Shown piece by piece: positions 12,479 to 25,795 of a DNA stretch of 43,776 nt. Both the position numbers and the translations under genes were made by a program. The notes beneath the pieces were generated by a model. It saw only the letters and a list, made by a program, of their open reading frames with translations, did no database searches and was not told the origin of the DNA. Each line of letters starts with the position of its first letter. Positions within the stretch are counted from its first letter, which is position 1. This DNA comes from Octopus bimaculoides (taxonomy: Eukaryota), in NCBI RefSeq assembly GCF_001194135.2, contig NC_068988.1, positions 18,079,362 through 18,123,137 of the forward strand. Reading direction: 5' to 3'.

Positions 12479-13525
12479 ACACACACACGTGCACACACAC
12501 ACATGCAAAAGAGGCTTCCTTGCAGCTTCTGTCTACCAATTTCATTCATCATTTTCATGGCATTGGCTGGCCTGAGGCAATATTAGAAGACACAAGTCCA
12601 CAGCACCACACAGTAGAATTGGCATCCAAAACCACACAGTTGCAAAGTGGTTGCTATGCCTGAATCTATATGGCAAGGGTTTCTCTACATTCTACGTGAA
12701 GAAATATATGCATTAATGTGTATTTCTATGTATACATACTAAAAATAGACACACACCCACACACATATTGTGACCATTAGGTTTGGGAATAATTCTGCAT
12801 GTTTACAGGTGTTAATGCCTGAATGAAGTGATGAAGAAAGTATGTAAATGGCAACACAATGTAATTGCTGTTTAACCCTAATCAGGCAAATCTATGATTA
12901 AAGGTATTCAAACTGTAACCATTCCATTTTTCCTTCAAGCATAGAATATCTATAACTACATTACCCAATCTCTTCCATTTTTGTGAAAGTTGGATATGTG
13001 ATATGAAAGATATTCAGCTGCTATGTCTAGCAAGCTTCTTGACCATATAATGGCTTTCTGCTGTTTTATTTTGTAGATAGCATGTTCATGCAAGACAAGG
13101 AAGACATTACCATAGTAATGATGTATTTCATAAATATTTATGGATACATAAAATATTAAAAAAAAACAAAACAAGAAACACAATATTCTTTAGGTAGGCT
13201 ACAAGCTGATGACAGTATAGCTCTGACAGGAGCTGATCAAGAAAGATAAGGGAGAAGGTGAAGAGCATTGATCTAAAAACATTGGTACTTGCAAAGGAGA
13301 AATGGCAGTATAATGATGTCATATTACATATTTGTCCACTCTATTCCAGTATTAAAAGTGGTAACATGCTAAATGATAATGACAGTGATAGCCATGAAAA
13401 AAAAAAACCTTAGCATATTAATATATATATATCAGTGCTGCAATGCACAGCTATGGGTAAGAGACTTTTATCATAGCCATAAGCCAACCAAAGTCTTATG
13501 AGTGGATGTGAAAAGAGCTTGTCAG

Positions 13526-13556
<31 letters not shown>

Positions 13557-13644
13557 TGTGCATACACATGTTCGTGTGTGATTCTGTGTGCTTCTTAAAG
13601 CACTTCTTCAGAAATCATGAGACACAACCAGAAATGTTGTTCAA

Positions 13645-13805
13645 GTGCAGGAGTGGCTGTGTGTTAAGTAGCTTGCTTACCAACCACATGGTTCCGGGTT
13701 CAATCCCACTGCGTGGCACCTTGGGCAAGTGTCTTCTACTATAGCCTCGGGCAGACCAAAGCCTTGTGAGTGGATTTGGTATACGGAAACTGAAAGAAGC
13801 CCGTC

Positions 13806-13884
<79 letters not shown>

Positions 13885-14102
13885 TGTGTCTGTGTTTGTG
13901 TGTCGGTATTTGTCGCCCCACCATCGCTTGACAAGCAATGGTGGTGTGTTTACGTCCCCGTAACTTAGCAGTTCAGCAAAAGAGACCGATAGAATAAGTA
14001 CTAGGCTTCCAAAGAATAAGTCCTGGGGTCGATTTGCTCGACTAAAGGCGGTGCTCCAGCATGGCCACAATCAAATGACTGAAACAAGTAAAAGAGTAAA
14101 AG
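13645..14102 (+). mobile_element. Full-length SINE family A with internal (TA)/(TG) microsatellite
   Basis: tRNA-like head ggagtggctgtgtg..ggttcaatccc, CORE-like ccttgggcaagtgtcttct, tail ggccacaatcaaatgactgaaacaagtaaaagag. Confidence 0.92.
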
Positions 14103-14636
14103 CGTAAACTGTCTGTTGGACTTTGCTTCTTAGAAGACATATGAAATAACAGATCTTTCTTTTGAGAAGCAAGCATGTGTTAAGGACAAGAAGGGTATCC
14201 AGCTGTAATACAATGATTTATTAATATACTTCTACTAAGATGCAAAAATGGCTGTAAAAATGAATGAATTTACAAATGAAATCAAACACACACACATTTA
14301 CACAGACTCATATACATGTATATAGTTCATCAAACCTATACTAGCATTGAAAGTGGATATAAAGCAGTGATGATGATGTATATTAATGTAGTTTTAAAGA
14401 TTAAAAAGTTTTTCCTAGCTCTGCTGCTTTTAGGGTAGGCCATCGAGTACACATTTGTCTTTCTAGACTCACTCACTCCCCCAGATTTGAGCAGAAATGG
14501 TGGCTTATTTCTGTTGAACATTGTTTCTTCTGTAGCCGTAGGTCAAATGACTAATGGCTTAAACTGTTTTAAGATTTGTGTGAAGAGTTAATCTGGATCT
14601 CTTAATTAAGATGATTATCTTAAATGAAACTGAGTT

Positions 14637-14638
<2 letters not shown>

Positions 14639-14700
<62 letters not shown>
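14639..14700. repeat. (CA)n microsatellite
   Basis: Seen directly. Confidence 0.97.
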
Positions 14701-14706
<6 letters not shown>

Positions 14707-14795
14707 ATACACACATGCATACACACGTGCATTGTTATATTTTACACCACATAAATATCCATACAGCCACATATTTTTACATATATAAGTGTGTA

Positions 14796-14837
<42 letters not shown>

Positions 14838-15400
14838 GCTAGCATTTGCATACGCAATAATAGATAGGTCAAGAGGCAGAGAAAGACTTTTAGCTCAAAG
14901 TTATTGCATTCAAAGCACTCAAAGAAACCTAATTTATTCCGCTGAAAAATGTCAGATTAAAGAGAAATCAAATTAACTGAGGTTTTCTTGAGTTGTACAT
15001 TATGTTTTCTTTCTTTTCTCTCTTAATTTCTTTTTCCCCCCTGTTTCCAAGACTTCTGTATTAATAATGAAGATAATAATATTGATATGAAAGAAAAAAT
15101 ATGTTAATGCACATGATGGACATGGCAGTAGTACCAGCAGTTATATAGCTATACTAGTTATTAGTGGTGCTGATGATGAAAACAGTTATCATCTTTTTAG
15201 TAGTGGGGATGGTAGTAGTGCTTGATGGTAGACAATCTTGATGAAATGTAAGAAACTAAGTTTTCATTGGACTTTTTTCCAATTGTTGAGATGATCTATC
15301 AATCATAACTCCTGACAGATGTGCCGCCATTTTCTTTCAAAGTTGAGGAGTAGGATTTGAGCACAGAATGCACTAAGTAGAACAAATATTTTAAAGCATC

Positions 15401-15754
15401 ATAGGCGCAGGAGTGGCTGTGTGGTAAGTAGCTTGCTTACCAACCACATGGTCTCGGGTTCAGTCCCCCTGCATGGAACCTTGGGCAAGTGTCTTCTACT
15501 ATAGTCTCGGGCCGACCAAAGCCTTGCGAGTGGATTTGGTAGATGGAAACTGAAAGAAGCCCGTCGTATATATGTATATATATACATATACATATATATA
15601 TATATATATANNNNNNNNNNNNNNNNNNNNNNNNNNNNNNNNNNNNNNNNNNNNNNNNNNNNNNNNNNNNNNNNNNNNNNNNNNNNNNNNNNNNNNNNNN
15701 NNNNNNNNNNNNNNNNNNNNNNNNNNNNNNNNNNNNNNNNNNNNNNNNNNNNNN

Positions 15755-15786
<32 letters not shown>

Positions 15787-15881
15787 TTGTGTGTCTGTGT
15801 TTGTCTCCCCAACATCGCTTGACAACCGATGCTGGTGTGTTTAGGTCCCCATAACTTAACGATTTGGCAAAAGAGACCGAT
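15401..15881 (+). mobile_element. SINE family A (3'-truncated, gap inside)
   Basis: Aligns by eye to 13645-14102. Confidence 0.9.
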
Positions 15882-16004
15882 GAATATATGTGGAATTCCA
15901 GCAGCTCTTACTTCTTTGGAGGAGCGCACACATATATTTTGAAACATGTGTAGGAATTAAAGGAACTTTTATTTATATGCGTTTTGCTCCATTTATTGTT
16001 ATTT

Positions 16005-16079
16005 ATATATATATATATATATGCATGTATATATATATATATATATGCATGCATGTATATATATATATATGCATGCATG

Positions 16080-16115
<36 letters not shown>

Positions 16116-16243
16116 TATATGCATGCATGTATATATATATATATGCATGCATGTATACAGATATATGTATATAATGTACATGTATGTACATGTATGTACA
16201 TGCATATATATGTATATGTATATATATGCATATATATGTATGT

Positions 16244-16316
<73 letters not shown>

Positions 16317-16320
16317 CACA
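16005..16320. repeat. Higher-order microsatellite, (TA)n punctuated by GCATGCATG
   Basis: Unit of roughly atatatatatatgcatgcatgt repeated, then tgtaca repeats and (TA)n. Confidence 0.93.
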
Positions 16321-17048
16321 TATTTCAATCTCCCAAATCTATTCTGGTTGATTTTTATTTATAGTAGTAGACACTTGCTCAAAGTATGTCACAATGAGAT
16401 TGAACTTGATACCATATGATTGGGAAGCATATATTCTTAACCATACAGCCCCACAAAATAAATAATCATCATAAATAAAATGTAAATAATGATAATAAAC
16501 AAAGAAATAAATAGACGATGAAATTGATGAACCAATAGCTATTGCAGTACTGAGAACAGACAAATGCACCTTCAATTATATTTGATTTTTAAGGCAACTT
16601 AAATATTTCTTTAAATTTTGTCTTTTAACGAAACAAATATTTTAAAATTCTATTCTAATTATATTTGCACTTTATTATACCTCACCTCCAGATAAAATAA
16701 GTGCCAGTCATATATTGTAATCACTTAAATCAACAAACATCTACCTGCTAAATTTCTGACATTGAAATCATACTATTATAACTTCAAGCCTTGAAGAACA
16801 CTAATACAAAGCAAACATCTGTAGCACCTGTTTCTTCGGGTTACTGACACTAAAATATTTGTGGGTAACTCTGCGTTGGTTTCATTAACTAGTTTTATGG
16901 AAAATATGTAGCACCATTATTGAAACTATCATTTTCATGTTTATCTATATTCAATATGGTTAGGTTTTTCGTGAAGCAGTGTTTTTTTTTTTTTATATAT
17001 ATAACTAGATGTCTTTTCTACCACTAATGTTTCAGCACTTAAGTAGCA

Positions 17049-17111
17049 ATGGAACTTGATGAGAACCAAATAGATTTGTGTAGCTTGTTTAGCAGTGCAA
17101 CACAACAGCTG
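17049..17111 (+). CDS. Candidate first coding exon, MELDENQIDLCSLFSSATQQL (product unknown)
   Basis: Acceptor atgtttcag at 17035, upstream in-frame TAA, gcaATGG start context, phase-0 donor CTG|gtgtgt. No family recognised. Confidence 0.2.
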
Positions 17112-17199
17112 GTGTGTGCTTGGAACATATGACATATAGACATTAACCTAGCAGCTTGACACATTATCTTCATGACAAGGAGTATTCTTTTGATATTTT

Positions 17200-18026
17200 T
17201 GTGCAGTTCAGAAGCTTGCTTTGCATCCATGTGGTTTCAGGTTCAGTCTTACTATGTGGCACCTTGTGTAAGTGTTTTCTTCCATAGCCCCAGACCAACT
17301 AATGCCTTGTAGGTGAATTTGATAGATAGAAACTATTTGAAAACCTGTCACACACGTGTGCCAGAGTACACACATGTGTGTGTGTGTATGTGCGTGTGTT
17401 TGTGTTTTTCAGCCCCTCCCCTTAATAATTTGTACTGGTGTTTACATCCTCATAACTTAATGGTTTGGCAAAAGTGACAGGTAGAATAAGGACCAGACTT
17501 TAAAAAAAAAAAGAAAAGAAGAAAAAAGAAAAGAAACCCTTCAAAGCAGTGCCCCCATATGACCACCATCCAATGAAACAAGTAGAAGATATTATGTTGA
17601 TATCATCATGATATCAACAGGCATAGGAGTGGCTGTGTGGTAAGTAGCTTGCTTACCAACCACATGGTTCCGGGTTCAGTCCCACTACGTGGCATCTTGG
17701 GCAAGTGTCTTCTACTATAGCTTTGGGCTGACCAAAGCCTTGTGAGTGGATTTGGTAGACAGAAACTGAAAGAAGCCCGTTGTATATATGTGTATATATA
17801 TGTATGTGTGTATGTGTTTGTTTGTCTGTATTTGTCCCCCCAACATTGCTTGACAACCGATGCTGGTGTGTTTGCATCCCCGTAACTTAGTGGTTTGGCA
17901 AAAGAGACCGATAGAATAAGTACTAGGCTTCCAAAGAATAAGTCCTGGGGTCGATTTGCTCGACTAAAGGCGGTGTTCCAGCATGGCCACAGTCAAATGA
18001 CTGAAACAAGTAGAAGAGTAAAAGAG
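17200..18026 (+). mobile_element. Two tandem family A SINEs (old 17200-17585, young 17617-18026)
   Basis: Both align to the family A pattern; the second is nearly identical to 13645-14102. Confidence 0.88.
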
Positions 18027-18329
18027 ATATATGTCACAAATTCTTGCAACATTCATCACGTTATATTTAAAATCCCTGCCTTCAACTTTGTTGTTTCTTG
18101 TTTGTTCAAGAAGGGTTATTTAAAGTTACTAGAAGGAACAGGTGCAATTAAGATATCTACCAGAAGTAGACAGTGAACTGGCAGATAATTAGACAAGATT
18201 AATTAGGGAATTTATTCTTGCTCTCTGAACTTTGGTGTTCAAATCCTTCTAAGGTCAACTTCTTCGCTTCATCCTTGTGAGAGAGAGAAAATACTTATTA
18301 AGTACCTTGAGGCCGATTCGTTGATTCCC

Positions 18330-18370
<41 letters not shown>

Positions 18371-18984
18371 GCACATACAACATACAGAATCATCCATAGG
18401 GTACCCTTCACTATATACCTATTTCTAGAACTGTAGAAAAGATCACTGAGAGTCTTACAACTTCAACTCACAGAAAAATAACTGATATACAACAAAGAGC
18501 ATCCAAAAAGCGACTCCTGTACAGTACATTATGAAATGGAAATAAAGAATAATACACTAGAAATAGATTCTATTGACTATAATAGCTATACTCTTCCTTG
18601 ATCAATTTTTGGTCTTGTGTCAATAAAAAAAATTATTATTACTATTTACTAATTCAAATCCTGTTGAGATTTTTACTGAAGTTAATTCACCTCTCCATTT
18701 CTCTCCATTACAAACCATGGCCTTGTGCCAATGTTAAGAAATCACAGTTACATTACATTGTATAACATCACAGATCCAAGTATCTAGGATGTAGGCATTT
18801 TTATTGTTTTAATTAAACACTGCATAACATTTGTCCAAAGTTCAATAGATACTGTTCTTTTGCAACAGAAATCATTATAGCCAGTCAAGCACTGGGGCCT
18901 GGGTCAGTGTTATTATATGTCTAAACCAGAAACCATTATTATGATTATTATTATTGTTGTTATTATTATTATTATTATTATTAT

Positions 18985-19015
<31 letters not shown>

Positions 19016-19027
19016 TGTAGTAGTATT

Positions 19028-19326
19028 GGCAGGGAGCTAGCAGAATCATTTGCATGCTAGACAAGATTCTTAGCAGCATTTCATCTGACTTTATGTTCTG
19101 AGTTCAAATTTCCCCAAGGTTGACTTTGCCTTTCATCCTTTTGGGGTCAATAAAATAAGTACTAGTTGAGTACTGGAGTTGATGTAACCAACTTACCCAC
19201 TCCCTGAAATTGCTGGCTTTGTGCCTAAATTTGAAACCATTATTATTATCATTATAATTTTATTATTATTATTATTATTATCATTATTATTATAATTATT
19301 ATTATTATTATCATCATCATTATTAC

Positions 19327-19374
<48 letters not shown>

Positions 19375-19845
19375 GGCGATAAGCTAACAGGACTGATAGC
19401 ATGCCAGGCAAAATGCTTTGCAGCATTTCGTCCATCTTCATGTTCTGAGTTCAAACACCACCCAGGTCAACTTTGCTTTCAATCTTTCAGGGTCAATAAT
19501 TTGGAGTACTGGGGTCGATGTAATCGATTTGAACTCCTTCCCTAAAATTCAGGCCTTGTGCCTATAGTAGAAAGGATTATTATTATTATTATGATCATCA
19601 TTATTATTTGGTATAGCGGATTAAAAGAATCATCAGCACATCAGGAGAAATGCTTAGCAGTACAATCTAAGTTCAATCCCACTTAGCAGTACATTCTGAG
19701 TTCAAATCACAGTAAGCCTGTTGTTATCTTTGCCTGTCACTCTTTCAGGCCTAATATAATTACATACCTTTCAAGTAGATCAGTCAATGTAATTGACTGA
19801 ACCTTACACGCCGAATTTTAGACCTTGTAATCTTGATAAAAACTA
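19028..19845 (+). mobile_element. Three head-to-tail family B SINEs separated by (ATT)n tracts
   Basis: Copies at about 19028-19240, 19373-19577 and 19609-19845; long (ATT)n at 19239-19372. Confidence 0.88.
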
Positions 19846-19939
19846 ATATTGATATTTATCATCATGCTTTAAACAGTTTTGTGCAAATTTCTCCTGCATC
19901 ACCAAGTGAACCTTTGTCTTCCTGTAGTGTGTATAACAT

Positions 19940-20157
19940 TCATCATCATCATCATCGTTTAACGTCCGCTTTCCATGCTAGCATGGGTTGGGCGATTTGA
20001 CTGAGGACTGGTGAAACCGGATGACCACACCAGGCTCCAATCTGATTTGACTGAGTTTCTACAGCTGGATGCCCTTCCTAACGCCAACCACTCTGAGAGT
20101 GTCGTGGGTGCTTTTACGTGCCACTAGCACGAAGGCCAGTCAGGCGGTACTGGCAAC
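19940..20157 (-). mobile_element. Family D repeat (RTE-related short retroposon with (GAT)n tail)
   Basis: catcatcatcgtttaacgtccgctttccatgctagcatggg...ctggatgcccttcctaacgccaaccac; further copies at 22961, 25876 and 27335. Confidence 0.88.
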
Positions 20158-20419
20158 TTATTTTTCAGAAATGTAGAAATAAGATTATATACTTCATTAG
20201 CTTTGTTTCATTATAAGGTTAATTGGTTCATTTTGTAGTGTTTGGTGTTATCTCAATGTTTCATCTAGTTGTGTAAAATGAGTAATGGCAAATATGTTAT
20301 TTTCTTGGGTCATATTTGTGTTTTATATATGCTATGTAATTAGTGCTATGTTTTTAACTGCAGCTGATCATGTAGAGAATATACTGATTGTGTTGATCAT
20401 GTAGAGTATATGTTGTGTG

Positions 20420-20810
20420 GGTGGAGGCACAATGGCCCAGTGGTTAGGGCAGTGGACTCGCGGTCATAGGATCGCCGTTTCGATTCCCAGACCGGTTGTT
20501 GTGAGTGTTTATTGAGCAGAAGCACCTAAAGCTCCACGAGGCTCCGGCAGGGGATGGTGGTGAACCCTGCTGTACCCTTTCACCACAACTTTCTCTCACT
20601 CTTACTTCCTCTTTCTGTTGTGCCTGTAATTTAAAGGGTCAGCCTTGTCACACTGTGTCACGCTTAATATCCCCGAGAACTATGTTAAGGGTACACGTGT
20701 CTGTGGAGTGCTCAGCCACTTACATTTTAATTTCACGAGCAGGCTGTTCCATTGATCGGATCAACTGGAACCCTTGACGTTGTATGCGACAGAGTGCCAA
20801 CAACAACAAC
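20420..20810 (+). mobile_element. tRNA-derived SINE family C with (CAA)n tail and 10-bp TSD
   Basis: A box TGGCCCAGTGG, B-box-like GTTTCGATTCC; TSD atgttgtgtg at 20410-20419 and 20811-20820. Confidence 0.92.
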
Positions 20811-20929
20811 ATGTTGTGTGCGCAGTGTTATAGTAATCGGTGGCAGCTGTCTAGAAACTGAGTCGTGTGAATTATTGGCATAATTATATCACTCATCAAT
20901 TATGTAAATGTATGTTTTCTGTTATTTAT

Positions 20930-21200
20930 GTAGGTGCTGATTGTGTAGAATATGTGCTGCATTATATTATTTGGTGATGATTCTGCTGAGCCTTATTATA
21001 TTTTCAAGATCCTTGTACTTTAACATTTTCTCCTCTACCCGCTTGGTGGTGTTTTAACCAGAAGAGAACAAGCTGTCTCTCAAAGTGCAAACATTTTTGT
21101 TCCAGTCTTTGATAATTATGTCTGGACAGTTGCCAATGATCTCTTTGTCAGTTTGTACTGATATGTCATAAATTATTGTGTTTAGATCATTGTCATGTAC
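20930..21200 (-). mobile_element. Decayed R4/Dong-like LINE, REL endonuclease region
   Basis: Minus strand gives DISVQTDKEIIGNCPDIIIKD (PD motif)...EEKMLKYKDLENII...AAHIL. Confidence 0.75.
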
Positions 21201-21796
21201 CATTGTCACTTCTTATTGCTATTGTTATTATTTTAAAGTAGTTAATTGGCAAAATTATGAGTGCTCCTACATGGTTGCTGAACAATCGAGAAATAACAGA
21301 CAAATTTCCTTTAAATCATATGCTATTAGCTTTAAAAAAATAGAAGAAAAGACATATTGAGTAACACATCCTAGATACATTATGCCTGAAATAACAAAAA
21401 AAATTAAAAAACCCAGTGTGCTCATATTTCTCGAACATTTGACTGTTAGTCTGCTTGTACAGGGATGACATAGTACTAAACAACAACAACAACAGGAGCC
21501 TTTTCTCATAAAGGCGTGTTGCAAGGACATAAATTTTAATATCACATGACTGGTTATAACAGTAGAAAACTTACTTTGAAAACTGACTTCATCATTCTAA
21601 TTTCAAATACCATTTGAGATAACACTACTTTTCATTAACCTGAATTCAATAAAATAATTCTAATGAGAAATTTAAATCCTTTCTATCAACTGTGCAACTA
21701 TTTATAGATACTTAGTACCTCAGTAAGTAATTCAAGAAACAGTGATCTATTTGATTTCTGCTTGAATAAAATTTAAAGATACTGTCAGTGTATAGA

Positions 21797-22212
21797 CACA
21801 AGGCCCGAAAGTTTTGGGGAGGGTGCTAGTCAATTAGATCGACCCCAGTATACAACTGGAATTTAATTTATCGACCCCGAAAGGATGAAAGGCAAAGTCG
21901 ACCTCGGCGGAATTTGAACTCAGAATGTAAAGACAGATGAAATACCGCTAAGCATTTCACCTGGCATGCTAACATTTCTTATTTCTTTACTGCCCACAAG
22001 GGGCTACACACAGAGGGGACAAACAAGAACAGACAAACGAATTAAGTTGATTATATCAACCCCAGTGAGTAACTGGTACTTATTTAATCAACCCTGAAAG
22101 GATGAAAGGCAAAGTCGACCTCGGTGGAATTTGAACTCAGAACGTAACAGCAGACGAAATACCGCTAAGCATTTCGCCTGGCATGCTAACGTTTCTGCCA
22201 GCTCACTGCCTT
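21797..22212 (-). mobile_element. Two tandem family B SINEs with different 3' tails
   Basis: The core aaaggatgaaaggcaaagtcgacctcgg.ggaatttgaactcagaa occurs twice, at about 21880 and 22097. Confidence 0.92.
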
Positions 22213-22270
22213 AGTGTAAAATATATTAATTGTAGAATATACTACAGCAAGGAAAATATCTAGGCACAAA

Positions 22271-22722
22271 CCCTTTTGATATCAACCCACTCAAGACCAC
22301 GCATAGTTCGGGGATAGAAGCTTCCTGATTTAAAATTAAAACCTTCCATGAAAATTACATCTTAATTTATGTTCCAAATACCAGCTTAACCCTTTGCTTA
22401 CCAAATTTTCATTTGAAATACACATCCTTTGTTGCAATTAAGTTTGAAAGTAATGAATAATTTAGTAAAATAATAGTCATTGTTAAGTTGGCATTATGAA
22501 CATAAATTAACATGAAATTTTGATGAAGAGTTTCAATTTAGACCCCTTTGAAATGGGAAATTTTTATCAGAGAACCAAGGGCAGTTTCAGACAGGTTGGT
22601 ATCTAAAGGGTTAATAATAATCATCGTCGTCATCAAAGTTATTTTACTAAATTCTTTGATATTTTCAAAATTAATTGAAACAAAGGCAGTGAATTTCAAC
22701 AGAAATGTGGTAACAAATAGGT
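22271..22722. mobile_element. piggyBac-type MITE (22390-22610) nested in an older copy of the same family
   Basis: Inner element reads TTAA|CCCTTTgcttaccaa ... ttggtatctAAAGGG|TTAA (TTAA at 22386-22389 and 22611-22614). The flanks resemble the same family in the opposite orientation. Confidence 0.8.
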
Positions 22723-22744
22723 TTCATCATTAAACCAAAATAAG

Positions 22745-23148
22745 GTAATGAGCTGGCAGAATCATTAACACACTGGGCAAAATGCTTAATGGCATTTCAG
22801 TCATCTTCACATTCAGAGTTCAAATCCTGCTGAGGTCGACTTTGCCTTTCATCCTTTTGGGGTTGATAAAATAAATACCAGTTGAGTACTGAGGGTCTAT
22901 GTATCTGACTATCGCCCTCTCCCAAATTTCAGACCTTGTGCCTTTAGTAGAAAGGATTCTTCATCATCATCATCATCATCGTTTAATGTCCGCTTTCCAT
23001 GCCTAGCATGGGTTGGACGATTTGACTGAGGACTGGTGAAACCGGATGGCAACACCAGGCTCCAATCTGATTTGGCAGAGTTTCTACAGCTGGATGCCCT
23101 TCCTAATGCCAACCACTCCGAGAGTGTAGTAGGTGCTTTTATGTGTCA
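22745..23148. mobile_element. Family B SINE (+, 22745-22960) joined tail-to-tail to a family D repeat (-, 22961-23148)
   Basis: Each part matches other copies in this window. Confidence 0.88.
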
Positions 23149-23589
23149 GCCAAAAGGGAGACCATTGTAAAAATGATAAAACAATGCAAGTATAAAATGA
23201 GCAGGGAAAGGCCTAAGTGCTTGCAGTAAAGTGGTTTCTGTTAAAGGCACCAGTTGTGCCTAGAATAGAGTCCACTCTATTCCAGAAGTGTCATACAATA
23301 GCTACTATAAATCTGGAAAAGCTAAAGTCCCATTTCCCTTGTTAGAATTGTTAGTCTATACATTTGCTTTCAATTACAACTTCATAAACCAGGACAACAC
23401 TTGGCTTGTTGTTGGACAGGTAATTATATTAATTGACATACATGAAAACATAAATAAACATAGAAACTACCAATCAATAACTTGTTTACCATTTATCAAT
23501 AACATATATTGACTAGACATCCATACACTCTAATCAGTTCACAGATCATACACAGGAAGCAAAATAATGCTAATAATAATGATAATAAT

Positions 23590-24120
23590 AGAGTCCCCAA
23601 TGTTCTGATGCAGTACCAAGCAGTGGCTCTCAGGGCGTCTGAGCTTAACTGATTGGAAGTGTTATTATGTCTTGATATAAAAGATAGGTTACAGCAAATA
23701 TTCTACTCAATACCATAGATTTGCTTGTCAGTTGTTTAACTAGTTGAGCATGTCTCTTAGTGGCTGACAATATGTGCATCTCTGATCATGAGCAAAAGTA
23801 GTGGCAGAGCATCATAGCCATTTGTTGAATGGAATTCTTTGGGAGTGTGAATGCTTCACCTCTGGAAACATGCATGTTTTGTTCATCATCTTTAAACAGA
23901 CCTTTCTAGGATCCTTTTGAGTGAGATGAGCTGCTCAACCTGAAGAAAACTGGGCCCAACCTGTAAGGTCATGCACTGTTTCACTTAATATGAGATCACT
24001 ATGTTGTGCACATGTGGTTGTGATGCATGTGCCTGGTGTACCCTTATCAGATGGGTAGTCACGATGGGTATATTGAGTTTCATATATTTATACCCCAGTG
24101 TCACTTTGATGGCATGCATT
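23590..24120. repeat. Probable interspersed repeat of unresolved class, following an (AAT)n tract
   Basis: Recognised only as resembling a common octopus repeat; single copy here, no coding motif found. Confidence 0.35.
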
Positions 24121-24804
24121 AGAAAAAATTTTTAAATAAAATGAGAGTTGTAGAAATATTTTAAAGAAACGTGACATCCTCAATAAACTGACCATTTATT
24201 TAAGATAAAAGAGAAGTAAAAAATATAATCAGGAAGTCTTAGAACTTTACTCTATTGGGAAAGCTCACCATAAAAAAAGTAGCAAGTTAGCAAGGTTGTT
24301 AGAGCATTGCAAGAATTTTCTTGTGGTATTTATTCTGTCTCTTTTTTGTGTGTGTGTTCAAATCCCACCAAAGTCAACATTGCCTCTTATCCATCCAGAG
24401 TTGATTAAATAAAGCATTAGTCAAATCTTAAGAGCAAATAATATCAGCTATCAGTTAACCTTGTAGCTAAATTAGAAACAATATTATAAAAATACATCAC
24501 AGAAATACCATGACAAAATATCTCTATAATATTATGAAAATAAAGAAAACAGAAAAGCACCATGCCAGAGAAATTTTTCACCAGGAGTGATTATGCCCTT
24601 TTATTTTTCTTCCTACTATCTAGTGCTACTACTTACAATACTAATATAACTGCTGAATCAAATCAGTTGTAGCTACAAATGTACTGGATACAGAAAACCA
24701 TCAGTAATCACGTTTGATTTAGTAGTGTATACAAATTTAAAGAGACAAGGTAGAACATAATAAATATAAAGCACATCGTTCTGAAAAGACAGGAAAATCA
24801 TTTA

Positions 24805-25265
24805 TCATCAGTTATCGTTTTTAACATTCACTTTTCTATGTATGCTTGTATGGGAACACTGGCGAACTTCTTCCTTTCTTCTACACCTGTAGCTAAATAT
24901 ATCTGTCGCCTAGCTTCTCTTCTAGCTACTTGATATAGTTCTCTGCTACCACCTCCCTTCCAGTTCTGTTTCTTCATTCTAATGGCCCTGTCTACAACAT
25001 TGTTCCACTACCATGTCACTTTAGGTATGGATAGGCTGTTGTACCAGCCACAAACTTTGATCAGTGGCTCTCATTAAGTTTCCCCATATGAATTTCCAGT
25101 TGTCCTCAATGCTTGTATGAGTTGACGAATTTTGTTGAGGTTCATTTTCTGTGGACCTGATGTTCCTCTGGTCGTCAATGCTCACTTATTTTCAAGCATG
25201 ACTGGAACTGGTAAGCTGGAGTGCTGTACCAGGTTCCAGTCTGATTTGGCTTGATTTCTACAGCT
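24805..25265 (-). mobile_element. Internally deleted RTE-clade LINE
   Basis: Minus strand gives HTSIEDNWKF..LMRATDQ, PKVTW*WNNVVDRAIRMKKQ and GGSRELYQVARREARRQIYLA..KKFASV. Both ends match family D modules. Confidence 0.8.
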
Positions 25266-25276
25266 TGATTTCTAGC

Positions 25277-25795
25277 TTTACAGTGTAAGCATGACTGCTC
25301 CTCTAGCAGTGCACACCAAAGAAGAACAAAGAGCAATGATCCCATTTCTCTGGTCAAAAGGTGTGTCAGGTGCTGAAATTCATCAGAGGCTTTTAGCACA
25401 AGACAGGGACAGTGCACTACTGTGTAGAAGTATGTATGAGTGGATCAAGACGTTTAACAGTGGCTGGACAAGCATAACACACATAATGGGAGCAGGATGT
25501 CCATCAACCTCCACCACTGATGAGAAGGTGCAGTAAGCTCAAGAGATAGTAATGGTGAACCAGTTCACCATTACCATCTCTCGGATCACTGCACTTTGTT
25601 CTTCTTTGGTGCTCATTGCTGGTGGAGCAACCAAGCTTACACTGTAAATCCAGAAAGTAAAATGGCAGGATCAGGCTCAAACTGTGATCACAGGACCACG
25701 ACCACAATAGTACCAACTGTAAGCATGCATGTATAGAAGGCTGTGTGACAATAATAAAGATACATTATGGCGAAAGTACAGATAATTTTTGATTT

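Noticed and set aside
17595-17619. 11-bp inverted repeat with 3-nt loop between two SINEs
   Set aside because: Short and AT-rich; plausible by chance or as an insertion-junction by-product.
20420-20495. tRNA-like sequences with A and B boxes (also 4577, 30952 and family A/B heads)
   Set aside because: They are SINE heads continuing into SINE bodies, not standalone tRNA genes.
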